A stretch of 64,000 nucleotides of DNA from Klebsiella phage KMI11, in sequence record MN101225.1. One strand, 5' to 3'. The notes under the pieces are model-generated. The model was given only the letters and a program-made list of their open reading frames with translations. It was not told where the DNA came from and ran no database searches. The translations under genes were made by a program, and so were the position numbers. This document shows positions 32,490 to 43,103 of the stretch, piece after piece (position 1 is the stretch's first letter; the number at the start of each line of letters is the position of its first letter).

Positions 32490-34444
32490 TGAGTAATAGG
32501 CTCCAATTTAATAGTTGTGTATTGAGGACGAAGGTCATTCTCAAATACGATAAGTGTTCCATCGCGGGCGAATATGATATCCTGAGTAGGAGTAGAGTAA
32601 AGCTCAATACTCTGGTCTTCAAATTGAAGAGGATCGGCTCCAATAGCTCCAAGGCTCCAGTAAATATTATCACCATAATAATCTACTTCACCGATTTTGT
32701 ACCAACGAGTTCTTTCGCCGACGGTATTTCTATCAAAATCGTTTTCAGTATATGGCTGGATATGAGTATTCTCTTTAATGTCACCTGGCTTAAATGGTCC
32801 AATGACCATATTTCCTTTACCATTTTTATCTGGGTCAGTTCCAACGATATTAACTGAATACGGTTCAGCAGTTGGGGTAACAGTAAAGACCAAATCACCA
32901 GAACGTAACGTCCGCGGAGTAATAGTATTATAGTATTTAATACCTGCGCTAGGAAGAGTGAAATAGTTGACAATTTCACGAACCATCTGAATATCCACAG
33001 AAGAACCGATGATTGAGTGGTCAGTGTCATCAATGTAAGTCAACAACTTAGATTTACTGAAATTTTTGTTGAACATTTCAACTTCATCAACGTAATATCT
33101 ATTAATCGAGTCTATAATTTTTGACTGTAACCACTGCTCTGATTCTTGCAACTTATTCAATGCATAAGAAGCTTTAATATTATGACGAATGAATAAGTAA
33201 TCTGGGCTCATTACCGAAGGAGTAATCGGAGCAAGACAGAAAGGTTTTAGATAATCCTGAATGTCTTCTCTTTGAACAGCGGTTAACTGCAACCCAGATT
33301 TTGGTTTAATTGCGATAAATGCATATCCGGGTTTGTCCTGATCAGTAAAGCATTGTACTGCTTGTACGATAGAACCAAAGCGTGAACTAACGAATGATTC
33401 ATAGTCAGTTTTAGACACGCAACGCATTTGAGATTCGCGCTTAATCTGGGCTAGCTCACGAATACGCTCTATGTCTTCAGGTTCACCACCGCCATCAGCG
33501 CCAACATAATCAGGAGAATCTGACCAGTTTTCAATGATTCTATTTACTACGATATATTGCAGAGTATCCGCATAACTAAATTCAGTCGCGCCGTTAGCAG
33601 CTTCACCGTCAGTACGAATATATTCAATAACGACTTGCGCGCCTTTAGTGGGTTTTAATCCACCAATGAAGTTGCTTTCAAGAACTCCTCCTGCCACAGA
33701 TGCTTCTGCCACACCTTCACCAAAGAAGAATTCTGTATTTCCATCGACGGTTTCACGCATATAATAAATTGTTGAAATAGACGAAGCATGAACCATTGAT
33801 CGGTCTGTCCAGTTAGTCCATTCAGCGCCATCCACCCACAGCTTAACCTGCTTGCGGTCAATTGACTGATCGCGAATAACAATAGGTTTCTTCGGGTCAT
33901 ATGACAATTGAGTACGAATAATACGTCCTTGTGCCAAATTAACAATGGGCCAATATTTCTGGTCGTTATCACGAATAGCCACAACGTTTTCAGTAACAAC
34001 GAAGTTATATGGGTTGGCTTTATCGGATTTTGAGTATGCTAAAAATTTAGTTCCTCGTGGAATTACAACTCTCAGCGTGCTGCTCGGGTTCATGTGAGTT
34101 ACCTCAAGCATAATAGATGCAGTAGCCGCTGATTTGGAACTTGGCAAATACCCGTTTTGTTGAGCTGCTTGAACAACGGAACTTCTCAAGTTAGCTGTTC
34201 CAATAAAGCTTTCGTATAAAGCAGTATTACTAAATTGCTGTATGTAAAGCGTGTTATATGCTAATAAGTCTAATAGCACGTTTAAACGCGAACCAGCAAA
34301 ATCAAAGTCCTGAAACTCTTTTTGACCGCTAAGCCAGTTAATAAGCTGATTTTTAATTTCATCGAATGTTGCTCCAGTAAATGCGTCTGGGATAGCGTTT
34401 GCAGTACGCGTTAACTGATAATTTAAAGGTTCTTTAATAGCCAT
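32486..34444 (-). CDS. 6: gp6 baseplate wedge protein
   Basis: start reassigned to [22 protein letters not shown] (T4 gp6 begins MANTPVNYQLTRTANAIPEIF); 652 aa; overlaps the 5.4 stop as TAATG. Confidence 0.88.
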   Translation of the reverse strand: MAIKEPLNYQLTRTANAIPDAFTGATFDEIKNQLINWLSGQKEFQDFDFAGSRLNVLLDLLAYNTLYIQQFSNTALYESFIGTANLRSSVVQAAQQNGYLPSSKSAATASIMLEVTHMNPSSTLRVVIPRGTKFLAYSKSDKANPYNFVVTENVVAIRDNDQKYWPIVNLAQGRIIRTQLSYDPKKPIVIRDQSIDRKQVKLWVDGAEWTNWTDRSMVHASSISTIYYMRETVDGNTEFFFGEGVAEASVAGGVLESNFIGGLKPTKGAQVVIEYIRTDGEAANGATEFSYADTLQYIVVNRIIENWSDSPDYVGADGGGEPEDIERIRELAQIKRESQMRCVSKTDYESFVSSRFGSIVQAVQCFTDQDKPGYAFIAIKPKSGLQLTAVQREDIQDYLKPFCLAPITPSVMSPDYLFIRHNIKASYALNKLQESEQWLQSKIIDSINRYYVDEVEMFNKNFSKSKLLTYIDDTDHSIIGSSVDIQMVREIVNYFTLPSAGIKYYNTITPRTLRSGDLVFTVTPTAEPYSVNIVGTDPDKNGKGNMVIGPFKPGDIKENTHIQPYTENDFDRNTVGERTRWYKIGEVDYYGDNIYWSLGAIGADPLQFEDQSIELYSTPTQDIIFARDGTLIVFENDLRPQYTTIKLEPITQ

Positions 34445-34737
34445 TAGTGTATGAATACCTTTGAGCTTGATTGCGCGACAGTGTCGCCACAAGAAATTGG
34501 ATCGGCCATTTGAACAGCTTTTTTGCCTGTTACAAATACCTTGGATGTGCGAGGTTGAACAACTCCTCCATGCGTATCATGAGGGTCAACCGTCTTGGTG
34601 TGTGGGGTAATTGAGTCGCCATCAACTAATACCGCTATTCCACCAGTGAATACTTTACTTTGTGTAGCATTTACTTCTGTCGGAGGATACGCACTATGCC
34701 CGGCAGTTAAGCATTTATTAAATGATAGTCCAGCCAT
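34444..34737 (-). CDS. 5.4: gp5.4 PAAR-repeat spike-tip protein
   Basis: 97 aa, the same as T4 gp5.4; three SKVF/KVF PAAR-like repeats with His/Cys ([16 protein letters not shown]). Confidence 0.85.
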   Translation of the reverse strand: MAGLSFNKCLTAGHSAYPPTEVNATQSKVFTGGIAVLVDGDSITPHTKTVDPHDTHGGVVQPRTSKVFVTGKKAVQMADPISCGDTVAQSSSKVFIH

Positions 34738-35241
34738 TTAGTTCCCCGCATATACATAAGCACGAAGTTGGTCGCCCCATCTGCTCCAGTTACCTTTAAC
34801 GGTTTGAGAGTAAACCTTTTGCTTTTTATATTCTGTTACGATTGGAGCGCTAGAACCTCCGGATGAACCTCCAGACGATTCTTCTGTCACTGTATATATT
34901 ATCTCAACTGTATAGGTAAATGTCTTCTCTAGTGTTCTGGGGGCTTTCCACAGATATAAATCAGCAGTTTTGGGATTAGGTAAATCCTCCCACGCTGAAG
35001 CGGACTTCAGCTCATCGCCTTCACGGTATTTAAGCACATCGTTTCCAAAAGTAAAAACTGAGTTATAATTACCTTTATAATAGGTTTCAGACACAGAGAT
35101 ATCAGATACTGGTTGATAGTCGATAATATTTATTGATTTTAATGTTTCGTTGGTAGATAATTGAGCAGTAAAGTACTGCTCAACATATTCACCTTCTATT
35201 ACTTCACGTAACGTAGTATTGATTGGGAGTATATCAGCCAT
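34738..35241 (-). CDS. 5.1: gp5.1-like protein
   Basis: 167 aa between 5 and 5.4, as T4 5.1. Confidence 0.6.
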   Translation of the reverse strand: MADILPINTTLREVIEGEYVEQYFTAQLSTNETLKSINIIDYQPVSDISVSETYYKGNYNSVFTFGNDVLKYREGDELKSASAWEDLPNPKTADLYLWKAPRTLEKTFTYTVEIIYTVTEESSGGSSGGSSAPIVTEYKKQKVYSQTVKGNWSRWGDQLRAYVYAGN

Positions 35242-35243
35242 GA

Positions 35244-36974
35244 TTAACCTACATCAATTCGTGAACCATCAACAGTGTATTGACCTTGGGCGATTGAGCT
35301 CATAGAAGCCATTGTTTCAGTCCAAGCACCACCAACATTCCAATTCACAGTACCTGCTACCTGCCAAGTTAAATTACCACCGACGGTCACGTCGTGGTTG
35401 CCATCTACTTTAGTAGTGGCATCACCATTGACTTGGATATCAGCATTTCCTTCAACGACTATCTTAATGTTACCCTTGACAAAAATAGTACCATTGCCTT
35501 CAATCGTTTTAGTTTCATTTCCACGTACGTAAAGCGTGTTATCGCCATCAATTTGCTGTCGACGATTATACATGTTATAATAGGTCTCGTTCCCTCCAAC
35601 GTTAACCTTCTTATCCCCAGAGATTAAAATATTTCCATCACCCTGAGTCATGTCATATAAATCAGCTACAGTTTTTCTGGTACGACGTCCATCAGGAGCA
35701 ACTTCTTCATATGAACCTGTTGGATGAACAATACGATAGCGTTCATAGCCAGGTGTATCATCAAATTCTTGGATATGGCCTGATTCTGTTTCCATCGTAT
35801 GAACATACGGATATTGACCGTTATATGAAGATTCGGGTTCTTTGAAAAGAATTCTTGAATCCTCTGGGGTCCACGGGTCTTCAGGATTACCACCAGACTT
35901 CGGTTCTACGTAAGCCGCAGACAGTGTTTTTCCTTCAGGCTTTGGAGCAGGAACTCCATATGATTCCATGTTACCCGTTAGAATAATCATAGAAACACGA
36001 GAAGCACGACCTTTTGTTTGATTAAACCACACGGAGTTTCTTGCTTCAGTATAGGCGGTTTTCCAATCACCAATGAGCATGGCATCAAGCATTTTACCAA
36101 ATTTTGCTAATCCACCTACACCCATTTGAAAACTCATATTTTCTAAAGCCATCTGCCTTGACTTGTTGACTTTAGCATATACAGGTCCTACCCGTGAATT
36201 TGTTTTAATGTCAGAAAGCATTTTATCACGATCTTTCTTAAATAGTGCAACTGCTTCGTCCATTGTAATGATACCGGGATTTCCTGTAACAGTACGACCA
36301 ACCTGATTAGATAAAGTTTTATTAATGACAGACATATCACGTACTTTTTGTGCCATGATAAGGTGTCCAATACCGACTGTAGGATATCCTTCTGTATCCC
36401 AATAGACTTTCAATCTAAGACCTTCATCCCTATTAAGCATATCTGTTATTGTAATTGCAGGATTTGGGTCTTCAGGAATATCGCTTAGGTCAGCATCGTC
36501 AGGATTAATGCCAATATCCAAGTTTCTATCTTGGATGATGTTTGGTATAGCACTATACCCAGTTTCATCGCCTTGAACTAGTGGGTTGGTATCTGACCCA
36601 ACCTGTCTAGGATATTGACCTGTGGGGTCAGAAAAACCTTCCGTGTAGTTTGGCTTAGTTTTTCTGTGCGCAGAATATGTTCCTATTACTAATCCTGCTG
36701 TTTTGAATTCATCAAGCCATAAGCCAAATACAGATGTTCCTTCAACCATTCCGGTTATAGATGAGCCAACTCCGGAAATTCCAGCTGAGTTTGTAGGCTG
36801 AATCACTGACATCCAAGGAAGGTCTTCGGTAGGAAGACCAGTTATAGCTCCTTGCACCTTTTCAAACGGATGAAGCCCGTAAACGCGTACTCGCACTCTT
36901 CCTTGTTTCAACGGGTCTTGTCTGTCTTCAACAACACCGGTAAACCATTTCAACGAATCATTCATTTCAATCAT
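35244..36974 (-). CDS. 5: gp5 baseplate hub / cell-puncturing device with lysozyme domain
   Basis: 576 aa (T4 575); N-terminal OB domain; central T4-lysozyme-like domain (GYPTVGIGHL...FQMG.GG...W.....N); C-terminal beta-helix VxGxxxxx repeats. Confidence 0.93.
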   Translation of the reverse strand: MIEMNDSLKWFTGVVEDRQDPLKQGRVRVRVYGLHPFEKVQGAITGLPTEDLPWMSVIQPTNSAGISGVGSSITGMVEGTSVFGLWLDEFKTAGLVIGTYSAHRKTKPNYTEGFSDPTGQYPRQVGSDTNPLVQGDETGYSAIPNIIQDRNLDIGINPDDADLSDIPEDPNPAITITDMLNRDEGLRLKVYWDTEGYPTVGIGHLIMAQKVRDMSVINKTLSNQVGRTVTGNPGIITMDEAVALFKKDRDKMLSDIKTNSRVGPVYAKVNKSRQMALENMSFQMGVGGLAKFGKMLDAMLIGDWKTAYTEARNSVWFNQTKGRASRVSMIILTGNMESYGVPAPKPEGKTLSAAYVEPKSGGNPEDPWTPEDSRILFKEPESSYNGQYPYVHTMETESGHIQEFDDTPGYERYRIVHPTGSYEEVAPDGRRTRKTVADLYDMTQGDGNILISGDKKVNVGGNETYYNMYNRRQQIDGDNTLYVRGNETKTIEGNGTIFVKGNIKIVVEGNADIQVNGDATTKVDGNHDVTVGGNLTWQVAGTVNWNVGGAWTETMASMSSIAQGQYTVDGSRIDVG

Positions 36975-37609
36975 AAAACTTCTCCGATGGTAGTCTGGGA
37001 TTTGTACCGGCCTGATTCGTATTCGCTGTCAGGTGCTTTTTCCATTTCTCGTATAATATCAGAAAGAAATGCCTCAATATCGCTAGGATTGATAATGTTT
37101 ATTTGGCGCAGTTTTTCATTTTCTATGATAGAGTCTTCATAAATGTCAACACCCGCCAAAGCACCAGTATATTGAGGATACTGATGATTAAAGTCCCCTT
37201 TATCATACCAAACACCTGAATTTTCAGGATATTGCTCGAGATTGTAATAGCGATTGCCGTACGCATCCACGTGATAGAGTATTTGGTCTCCACCTACATC
37301 TGCATATTTTTGCTGCGCAAATTGATAACATGCGTCTTGTGTTTTAATCCAATCTCTGAATGGGTCATATACATTATTACACATTAAAAGAATCCAGTAC
37401 AGCTGACTATTTCCATAAAGAATATACGCTAATTCTTCTGGTCTAGGAGCTCCACTTATGTAATATGTTTGTAAAAGATAGTTTTCTGCTACAGTGTCGA
37501 AGTATTTGCGGTAGTTGCGAAATATATCAGCGGTTGGGATAGCTTTTGCCTTAGCACCTTTTACGGTCTTTGCAGAATAATCTATCGGACTAAAAAATGA
37601 GAAGAGCAT
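36971..37609 (-). CDS. 53: gp53 baseplate wedge protein
   Basis: 212 aa; N-terminal MLFSFFSPIDY resembles T4 gp53; position between 5 and 4. Confidence 0.8.
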   Translation of the reverse strand: MLFSFFSPIDYSAKTVKGAKAKAIPTADIFRNYRKYFDTVAENYLLQTYYISGAPRPEELAYILYGNSQLYWILLMCNNVYDPFRDWIKTQDACYQFAQQKYADVGGDQILYHVDAYGNRYYNLEQYPENSGVWYDKGDFNHQYPQYTGALAGVDIYEDSIIENEKLRQINIINPSDIEAFLSDIIREMEKAPDSEYESGRYKSQTTIGEVL

Positions 37610-37620
37610 AGTTTATCCTC

Positions 37621-37646
37621 TTATAAATATTAATAACAGTATTTAT
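37621..37646. promoter_or_regulatory. divergent late promoters: TATAAATA (plus, for gene 4) and TATTTATA (minus-strand TATAAATA, for gene 53)
   Basis: TATAAATA at 37621-37628 is 31 nt upstream of the gp4 ATG; TATTTATA at 37639-37646 is 30 nt upstream of the gp53 start on the other strand. Confidence 0.65.
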
Positions 37647-37658
37647 AAGGAGGCCACT

Positions 37659-38108
37659 ATGGCATATTCCGGCAAATTCATGCCGCAGAATCTCCACAAA
37701 TATAAAGGCGACTTCAGAAAGATTACTTATCGTTCTACGTGGGAACAGTACATGATGAGATGGTTAGATAACCATCCTGATGTAGTTCAATGGAATTCGG
37801 AGGAGGTCGTAATACCTTACTTCAGCAATGCTGATGGAAAGAAACGCAGATATTTCATGGATTTCTGGGCTAAGTTTTCTAATGGTCAACAGTTCTTTTT
37901 TGAAGTTAAGCCGAAGAAAGAAACTAGACCTCCGGTCAAACCCACAAAGTTGACGACATCAGCGAAGAAACGGTACATTGATGAAATTTACACTTGGTCT
38001 GTAAACGTTGATAAGTGGAAAGCAGCTCAAGCTACCGCCAACAAAATGGGTATAGAATTTAGGTTAATTACTGAAGATTCACTTAAAAAATTAGGATGGA
38101 AAGGCTGA
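37659..38108 (+). CDS. 4: gp4 head completion protein
   Basis: 149 aa; MAYSGK..P.N..KY.GD..KITYRS.WE.Y...WLD..P....[45 protein letters not shown]...[15 protein letters not shown] closely matches recalled T4 gp4. Confidence 0.92.
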   Translation: MAYSGKFMPQNLHKYKGDFRKITYRSTWEQYMMRWLDNHPDVVQWNSEEVVIPYFSNADGKKRRYFMDFWAKFSNGQQFFFEVKPKKETRPPVKPTKLTTSAKKRYIDEIYTWSVNVDKWKAAQATANKMGIEFRLITEDSLKKLGWKG

Positions 38109-38935
38109 TGGCTATATTTGAATTTATCACTGAAGCTGCAGAATCGCCTAAAGCTAAATCCCGTAGTGAAAATCAATGGGTAGCATTAGGAGTTGAATAC
38201 TCTGCTGCTCGTAAAAAAGGCATGACATCAAAATCATTTGCTGAAAGTAAAGGAATAAATCCTGCTACGTTTAGTAAAGCAATGGCTCGTCATGCGTCAA
38301 GAATTAAAACGGCAATTAAAGTAGCAGAAATTGAGAAAAAACCTGCTAATAAAATGACCAAGAAAGAGCGCGCTCTTGTGATGGTAAATTCATTTCGTAG
38401 TTCTATCAAAGATAAAATTCGTAATGAAGGCGCAGCAGTAAACAATAAATCTGCAAAATGGTTTGCTGAAACCATGAAGAAAAACATCAGAGGTCATTCT
38501 GTAACCAAGCCTCAACCTGGAAAGCTATATGCTTACATGTATGATGCTAAACATAAAGACACTCTTCCATTCTGGGATAAATTTCCTTTGATAGTTTATC
38601 TCGGTCTAGGAAAGCAAGGTACAACCACACTGATGTATGGGTTAAACCTTCACTACATTCCGCCAAAGGCTCGTCAGCAGTTTTTAGAAGAACTTCTGAA
38701 ACAGTATGCTAATACTCCAGTGATATCTAATAAGACCAGGTTAAAGATAAACTGGAGCCAAGTTAAAGGATTCGCTGGTGCTGATAAAATGATTAAAGCG
38801 TATATTCCTGGTAATATAAAGGGTGCTTTAATCGAGATAAAACCAGCTGATTGGGCAAATGTAGTCATGCTACCAACTCAGCAGTTTATGTCGAAAGGCA
38901 AACGTTATTCTGCTACTTCTGTATGGAAATCATAA
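38096..38935 (+). CDS. 2: gp2 DNA end-protector protein
   Basis: 279 aa (T4 gp2 274 aa), basic; position between 4 and 3, translationally coupled. Confidence 0.8.
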   Translation: MERLMAIFEFITEAAESPKAKSRSENQWVALGVEYSAARKKGMTSKSFAESKGINPATFSKAMARHASRIKTAIKVAEIEKKPANKMTKKERALVMVNSFRSSIKDKIRNEGAAVNNKSAKWFAETMKKNIRGHSVTKPQPGKLYAYMYDAKHKDTLPFWDKFPLIVYLGLGKQGTTTLMYGLNLHYIPPKARQQFLEELLKQYANTPVISNKTRLKINWSQVKGFAGADKMIKAYIPGNIKGALIEIKPADWANVVMLPTQQFMSKGKRYSATSVWKS

Positions 38936-39537
38936 TGTCTACTGGACTGTTTAATCAAACTAACACAACTAACTTTATACTAGAGGTCCCCGATGGGGGC
39001 CTCACTCAGGCCTTTAAGGCTAATCTTCAAACGGCGGTAGTTCCTGGAATTCATATTCCTGCTACTGATACTGTGGGTTCTCCACAAGGCATGCACCGTG
39101 CTAAATTGCCTGGGTCTACTTTTGAGTTTGACGCTGTTCCTGTTAGATTTTTAGTAGATGAAAATCTTGATTCATGGGTACAAATGTACAAATGGATGTT
39201 AAGCTGTCAAAACTACATTGACCGAGACAAGTCTGGATGGAATAACGGCGGTGAAGGATTTCCTGGTGCAGTTTTAATGCATGTTCTTGATAACGATAAA
39301 CATGATATAGTATTAACTGTCCGCTACATCGGGGGTTGGGTGAGTGATTTGTCAGAAATTGAGTATTCTTTAACTGAAGAATCTGACCCTGCCATGGTAT
39401 GTGTAGCAACTTTGCAGTACAAATACATTGAAGTTGAAAAAGATGGTATAATAATTACTGGTAGACCTTCTGTCAATGATACTCGTGAATCTCAGTATCA
39501 GCAAAAGGTCATGGGAATGCATCCTTCTATGAGGTAA
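38935..39537 (+). CDS. 3: gp3 tail tube terminator / sheath stabilizer
   Basis: start taken at the ATG overlapping the gp2 stop (ATAATG); about 200 aa; position before gene 1 as in T4. Confidence 0.75.
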   Translation: MSTGLFNQTNTTNFILEVPDGGLTQAFKANLQTAVVPGIHIPATDTVGSPQGMHRAKLPGSTFEFDAVPVRFLVDENLDSWVQMYKWMLSCQNYIDRDKSGWNNGGEGFPGAVLMHVLDNDKHDIVLTVRYIGGWVSDLSEIEYSLTEESDPAMVCVATLQYKYIEVEKDGIIITGRPSVNDTRESQYQQKVMGMHPSMR

Positions 39538-39541
39538 TAAT

Positions 39542-40275
39542 TTGAAGCTTTTATTTTTGATTGGTAAAAAACGCAGTGGCAAAGACACTACTGCTGATTA
39601 CATTATGGATAACTACAATGCAACAAAGCATCAGTTAGCGGGTCCAATTAAAGATGCGTTGGCTGATGCAATGCTTACTGAGTGGTATCGCGATACGTCT
39701 CGTGAGTTTCCGCGCATTACTCGGTCAATGATTGAAGGTATTGATTACGATCGTGAGCAGGATTTAAATCTGTCTACTAAAGACGTGATTCGTATTATGG
39801 CGAATGCTATTGAATATGTCCATCATGATTTGCCTTTACCTGGGGTGGTTTATGATAGCAAGCGTAAAATTCTTGACGGCGATACGATGGAAGTCATCCG
39901 TCAAGTTGTAATAAATAAACCTGTTGAGCCATGGTCAATTCGTCGTCTCATGCAGACCCTTGGGACTGACATTGTCTGTGATAAGCTCGATCGCATGTAT
40001 TGGGTAAAACGATTTACTTTGGTTATGGCTGATACTTTTGGTGATTATGATTATTTCATTGTCCCAGATACTCGTCAAGACCATGAACTTGATGTAGCCA
40101 GGGCGATGGGTGCTACAGTTATTCATGTAGTTCGTCCTGAGCAAGAAGGTTCTAAAAAAGATACTCACGTCACAGAGCGTGGACTTCCGATTCGCGAAGG
40201 CGATATCGTAATAACTAACGACGGTTCTCTAGAAGAACTTTATTCAAAAATCAACACTATATTAGGAATTCAAAA

Positions 40276-40279
<4 letters not shown>
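39542..40279 (+). CDS. 1: gp1 deoxynucleoside monophosphate kinase
   Basis: 245 aa, TTG start after AGGTAA RBS; P-loop IGKKRSGKDT; T4 gene 1 position and size (241 aa). Confidence 0.85.
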
Positions 40280-40967
<688 letters not shown>

Positions 40968-40980
40968 GAATTTATTTCAC

Positions 40981-41030
40981 AAAGTTGTTTACAACGGGTT
41001 GTAGTAGTGATACTATAACCCTATCAACTT
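40981..41030 (+). promoter_or_regulatory. early promoter with stem-loop over the -10 (PeSL-like): AAAGTTGTTTAC-N18-TACTAT
   Basis: GTTTAC at 40987-92, TACTAT at 41011-16; GGGTT...AACCC stem brackets the -10; one of five copies of the same cassette in the window. Confidence 0.6.
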
Positions 41031-41042
41031 GAGGAGAATAAA

Positions 41043-41222
41043 ATGAAACGTTGTGAATTAATTAGAAATGTTGCATCAACTATCTGCATGGGAGCGTTAG
41101 GTTTTGGCATTATAGGTGCAGCCTTTATGTCTCTTCCTGAAACAGTATCAGTGTTAAGTGTTGCATTTCTAATGGGTATCATTTCTTTCATAATGGATAA
41201 AATAGCACATGAAAAAGATTAA
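41043..41222 (+). CDS. small membrane protein (1 TM)
   Basis: 59 aa with hydrophobic core ICMGALGFGIIGAAFM; follows the early promoter. Confidence 0.45.
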   Translation: MKRCELIRNVASTICMGALGFGIIGAAFMSLPETVSVLSVAFLMGIISFIMDKIAHEKD

Positions 41223-41388
41223 GCAGTGGTTCATCAAAAACTATGATTTAAACCGTGAAGAAGTAACTAAGTATGATTATGTTACTTTGGGTGTAGGACT
41301 AGGTGCACTACTGGCAGCATTGCATTCATCACTACTTGCCATTGCAGTGCTTCTTATTTTGGCTCACTACAGCTGGAAACGTAAGTAA
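41209..41388 (+). CDS. small membrane protein (1 TM)
   Basis: 59 aa; TLGVGLGALLAALHSSLLAIAVLLILA hydrophobic helix; stop overlaps the next start (TAATG). Confidence 0.45.
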   Translation: MKKIKQWFIKNYDLNREEVTKYDYVTLGVGLGALLAALHSSLLAIAVLLILAHYSWKRK

Positions 41389-41573
41389 TGTACGCACTTT
41401 TAACTTGGTCTAATTATTATCCTGCTCCTGGCTCTGACCAAATCAGAGGTGTATACTCTACGGTAGAAGAATGCTATGAAGCACTCCAGGGAACGTATCA
41501 AGACTATTTTGAGATACTGAATTCTCGGTTTGAGACCGTTGCTAAAGGTTCAACTGAAGCATACAAAGATTAA
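41388..41573 (+). CDS. hypothetical protein
   Basis: 61-aa ORF, coupled. Confidence 0.4.
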   Translation: MYALLTWSNYYPAPGSDQIRGVYSTVEECYEALQGTYQDYFEILNSRFETVAKGSTEAYKD

Positions 41574-41589
41574 TTGTGAGGAAATTGTG

Positions 41590-41940
41590 ATGAATATCAG
41601 AGCTGCGTTTAATACTTTCTATCAAGAGAATTATAAGCTTCTTGCCCATGAATACCATGATGCACAAGGCGTTCCAATTCCTAATGATTTAGTTACGCCT
41701 AAGCATGTCAAAACCGATTCTCTTGACAATGAAATCCAGCCTGGTGATTTGGTATCATACTATTGCGGCGGGTCACTTTCTGCAGCAAGCGTTGGTATTT
41801 TGCTAGGATTTACTCCTAAAGGTTATCGTGTGGTTCCTTTCCATACAAGTCCAATTCCTGAGCACCGGGTATTGCTCTCTCATATGGATTCACCACATAG
41901 GGTATTCCTGGTTAAATCAAAGAGCTCACCGATTGTGTAA
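41590..41940 (+). CDS. hypothetical protein
   Basis: ATG at 41590 after GAGG; 116 aa. Confidence 0.45.
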   Translation: MNIRAAFNTFYQENYKLLAHEYHDAQGVPIPNDLVTPKHVKTDSLDNEIQPGDLVSYYCGGSLSAASVGILLGFTPKGYRVVPFHTSPIPEHRVLLSHMDSPHRVFLVKSKSSPIV

Positions 41941-42002
41941 TATGCTTTAGGTTTTCTTTGTTATTATTAATCTATCAACTGCTCTGATTAATTTCAGGGC
42001 AG

Positions 42003-42010
42003 TATAAATA
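42003..42010 (+). promoter_or_regulatory. late promoter TATAAATA immediately upstream of the first tRNA
   Basis: exact TATAAATA 13 nt before tRNA-Tyr. Confidence 0.6.
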
Positions 42011-42022
42011 AAATTACCCATT

Positions 42023-42109
42023 GGGGAGTTAGACCGTAGGGGTAGCGGGACAGACTGTAAATCTGTTGCTCAAAAGGCTCGAGTGGTTCGACTCCATTAC
42101 TCCCCACCA
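42023..42109 (+). tRNA. tRNA-Tyr(GUA), class II (long variable arm)
   Basis: acceptor GGGGAGU/ACUCCCC, anticodon stem ACAGA/UCUGU loop cuGUAaa, T-arm GGTTCGACT, A73, encoded CCA. Confidence 0.85.
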
Positions 42110-42115
42110 AATTTA

Positions 42116-42192
42116 GGGATACTAGCTCAGTTGGTTAGAGCACCGGACTTTTAATCCGGGTGTCCGAAGTTCGAGTCTTCGGTGTCCCACCA
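42116..42192 (+). tRNA. tRNA-Lys(UUU)
   Basis: acceptor GGGAUAC/GUGUCCC, anticodon stem CCGGA/UCCGG loop cuUUUaa, T-arm CGAAG-TTCGAGT-CTTCG, CCA. Confidence 0.85.
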
Positions 42193-42197
42193 AATTC

Positions 42198-42282
42198 GGG
42201 TCGTTGGCTGAGAGGGTAAGCGACGGACTGTTAATCCGTGTCAGAAATGACTAGGCAGGTTCGATACCTGCACGGCCCGCCA
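42198..42282 (+). tRNA. tRNA-Asn(GUU) with unusual 15-nt variable arm and 3-bp D stem
   Basis: anticodon arm ACGGA-cuGUUaa-UCCGU is identical to the E. coli tRNA-Asn anticodon arm; acceptor GGGUCGU/ACGGCCC, G73, CCA; extra GUCA-GAAA-UGAC hairpin in the variable region. Confidence 0.7.
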
Positions 42283-42536
42283 AATGAAGAAGTCAGAAGA
42301 CGTTCTGATAAAATCGTCGGCACAGAAATCCCTGGCATGGCGTTTGTATTAAGGAGTATGATTTCATCCTGCTTAATGCTTGTTCATGTTATAATTTCTT
42401 ACGGCGTTGAAAGTTCGCTTTCAGGGATACATCTTAGAGCAGAGTGTTAAACAAGATTCATCTGGTACCAAGGTGATGAGAGCCCTGTTCCCCTTTGCTT
42501 CGGCATCGTGCCAGAGTATCTCTGAAAGCGAATTAT

Positions 42537-42613
42537 GGACCTATAGTTTAGTTGGTTAAAATACTCCCCTGTCACGGGAGAGAGCACGGGTTCGATCCCC
42601 GTTAGGTCCGCCA
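42537..42613 (+). tRNA. tRNA-Asp(GUC)
   Basis: acceptor GGACCUA/UAGGUCC, anticodon stem CUCCC/GGGAG loop cuGUCac, G73, CCA. Confidence 0.85.
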
Positions 42614-42774
42614 AATAAGAACGTGGCAGTTCTTGAAGATGAGTTTGAGTCCTATAAGATAATGCCGAGGACGAAGCTGTTTGTTCCCACGGAATAAGCT
42701 CTATATTCGTAAGATTATATCTTTAGCGTGTTCTACATCAAGCTACTTGTTAGTACTTCAAGAACCCGGATAAA

Positions 42775-42851
42775 TGCGGAGTAACTTCAGTTGGTAGAAT
42801 GTTGGGCTCATATCCCGACACGCGCAGGTTCGAGTCCTGCCTCCGCCTCCA
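42775..42851 (+). tRNA. tRNA(CAU), initiator-like (fMet-type features)
   Basis: anticodon loop cuCAUau on a stem with three consecutive G:C pairs (GGG/CCC) next to the loop, as in initiator tRNA; 1:72 is a U.C mismatch; T-arm GCAGG-TTCGAGT-CCTGC; CCA. Confidence 0.65.
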
Positions 42852-42856
42852 ACAAT

Positions 42857-42931
42857 TGGACTATAGACAAGCGGTTAAGTCACCGGCCTTTGACTCCGGT
42901 ATCTCTGGTTCGAATCCAGATAGTCCAGCCA
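42857..42931 (+). tRNA. tRNA-Gln(UUG)
   Basis: U1-A72, CAAGCGGUAAG D-loop and CACCGG as in E. coli tRNA-Gln; anticodon loop cuUUGac; G73, CCA. Confidence 0.85.
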
Positions 42932-43026
42932 AATTAATATTCATTCAACGCGTCTACAGGGGTTGAACTGATCATTCTTCTCTTAATTTCGTATGAAGTC
43001 CTCATGATGGATGGAGTGAATATTGA

Positions 43027-43103
43027 TGTGGCCGTAGTTCAGTTGGTAGAACTCAGCATTGTGATTGCTGTCGTCGACGGTTCAAATCCGTCCGGTCACC
43101 CCA
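43027..43103 (+). tRNA. tRNA-His(GUG)
   Basis: anticodon stem CAGCA/UGCUG loop uuGUGau; acceptor GUGGCCG/CGGUCAC, C73, CCA; no encoded G-1. Confidence 0.8.
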
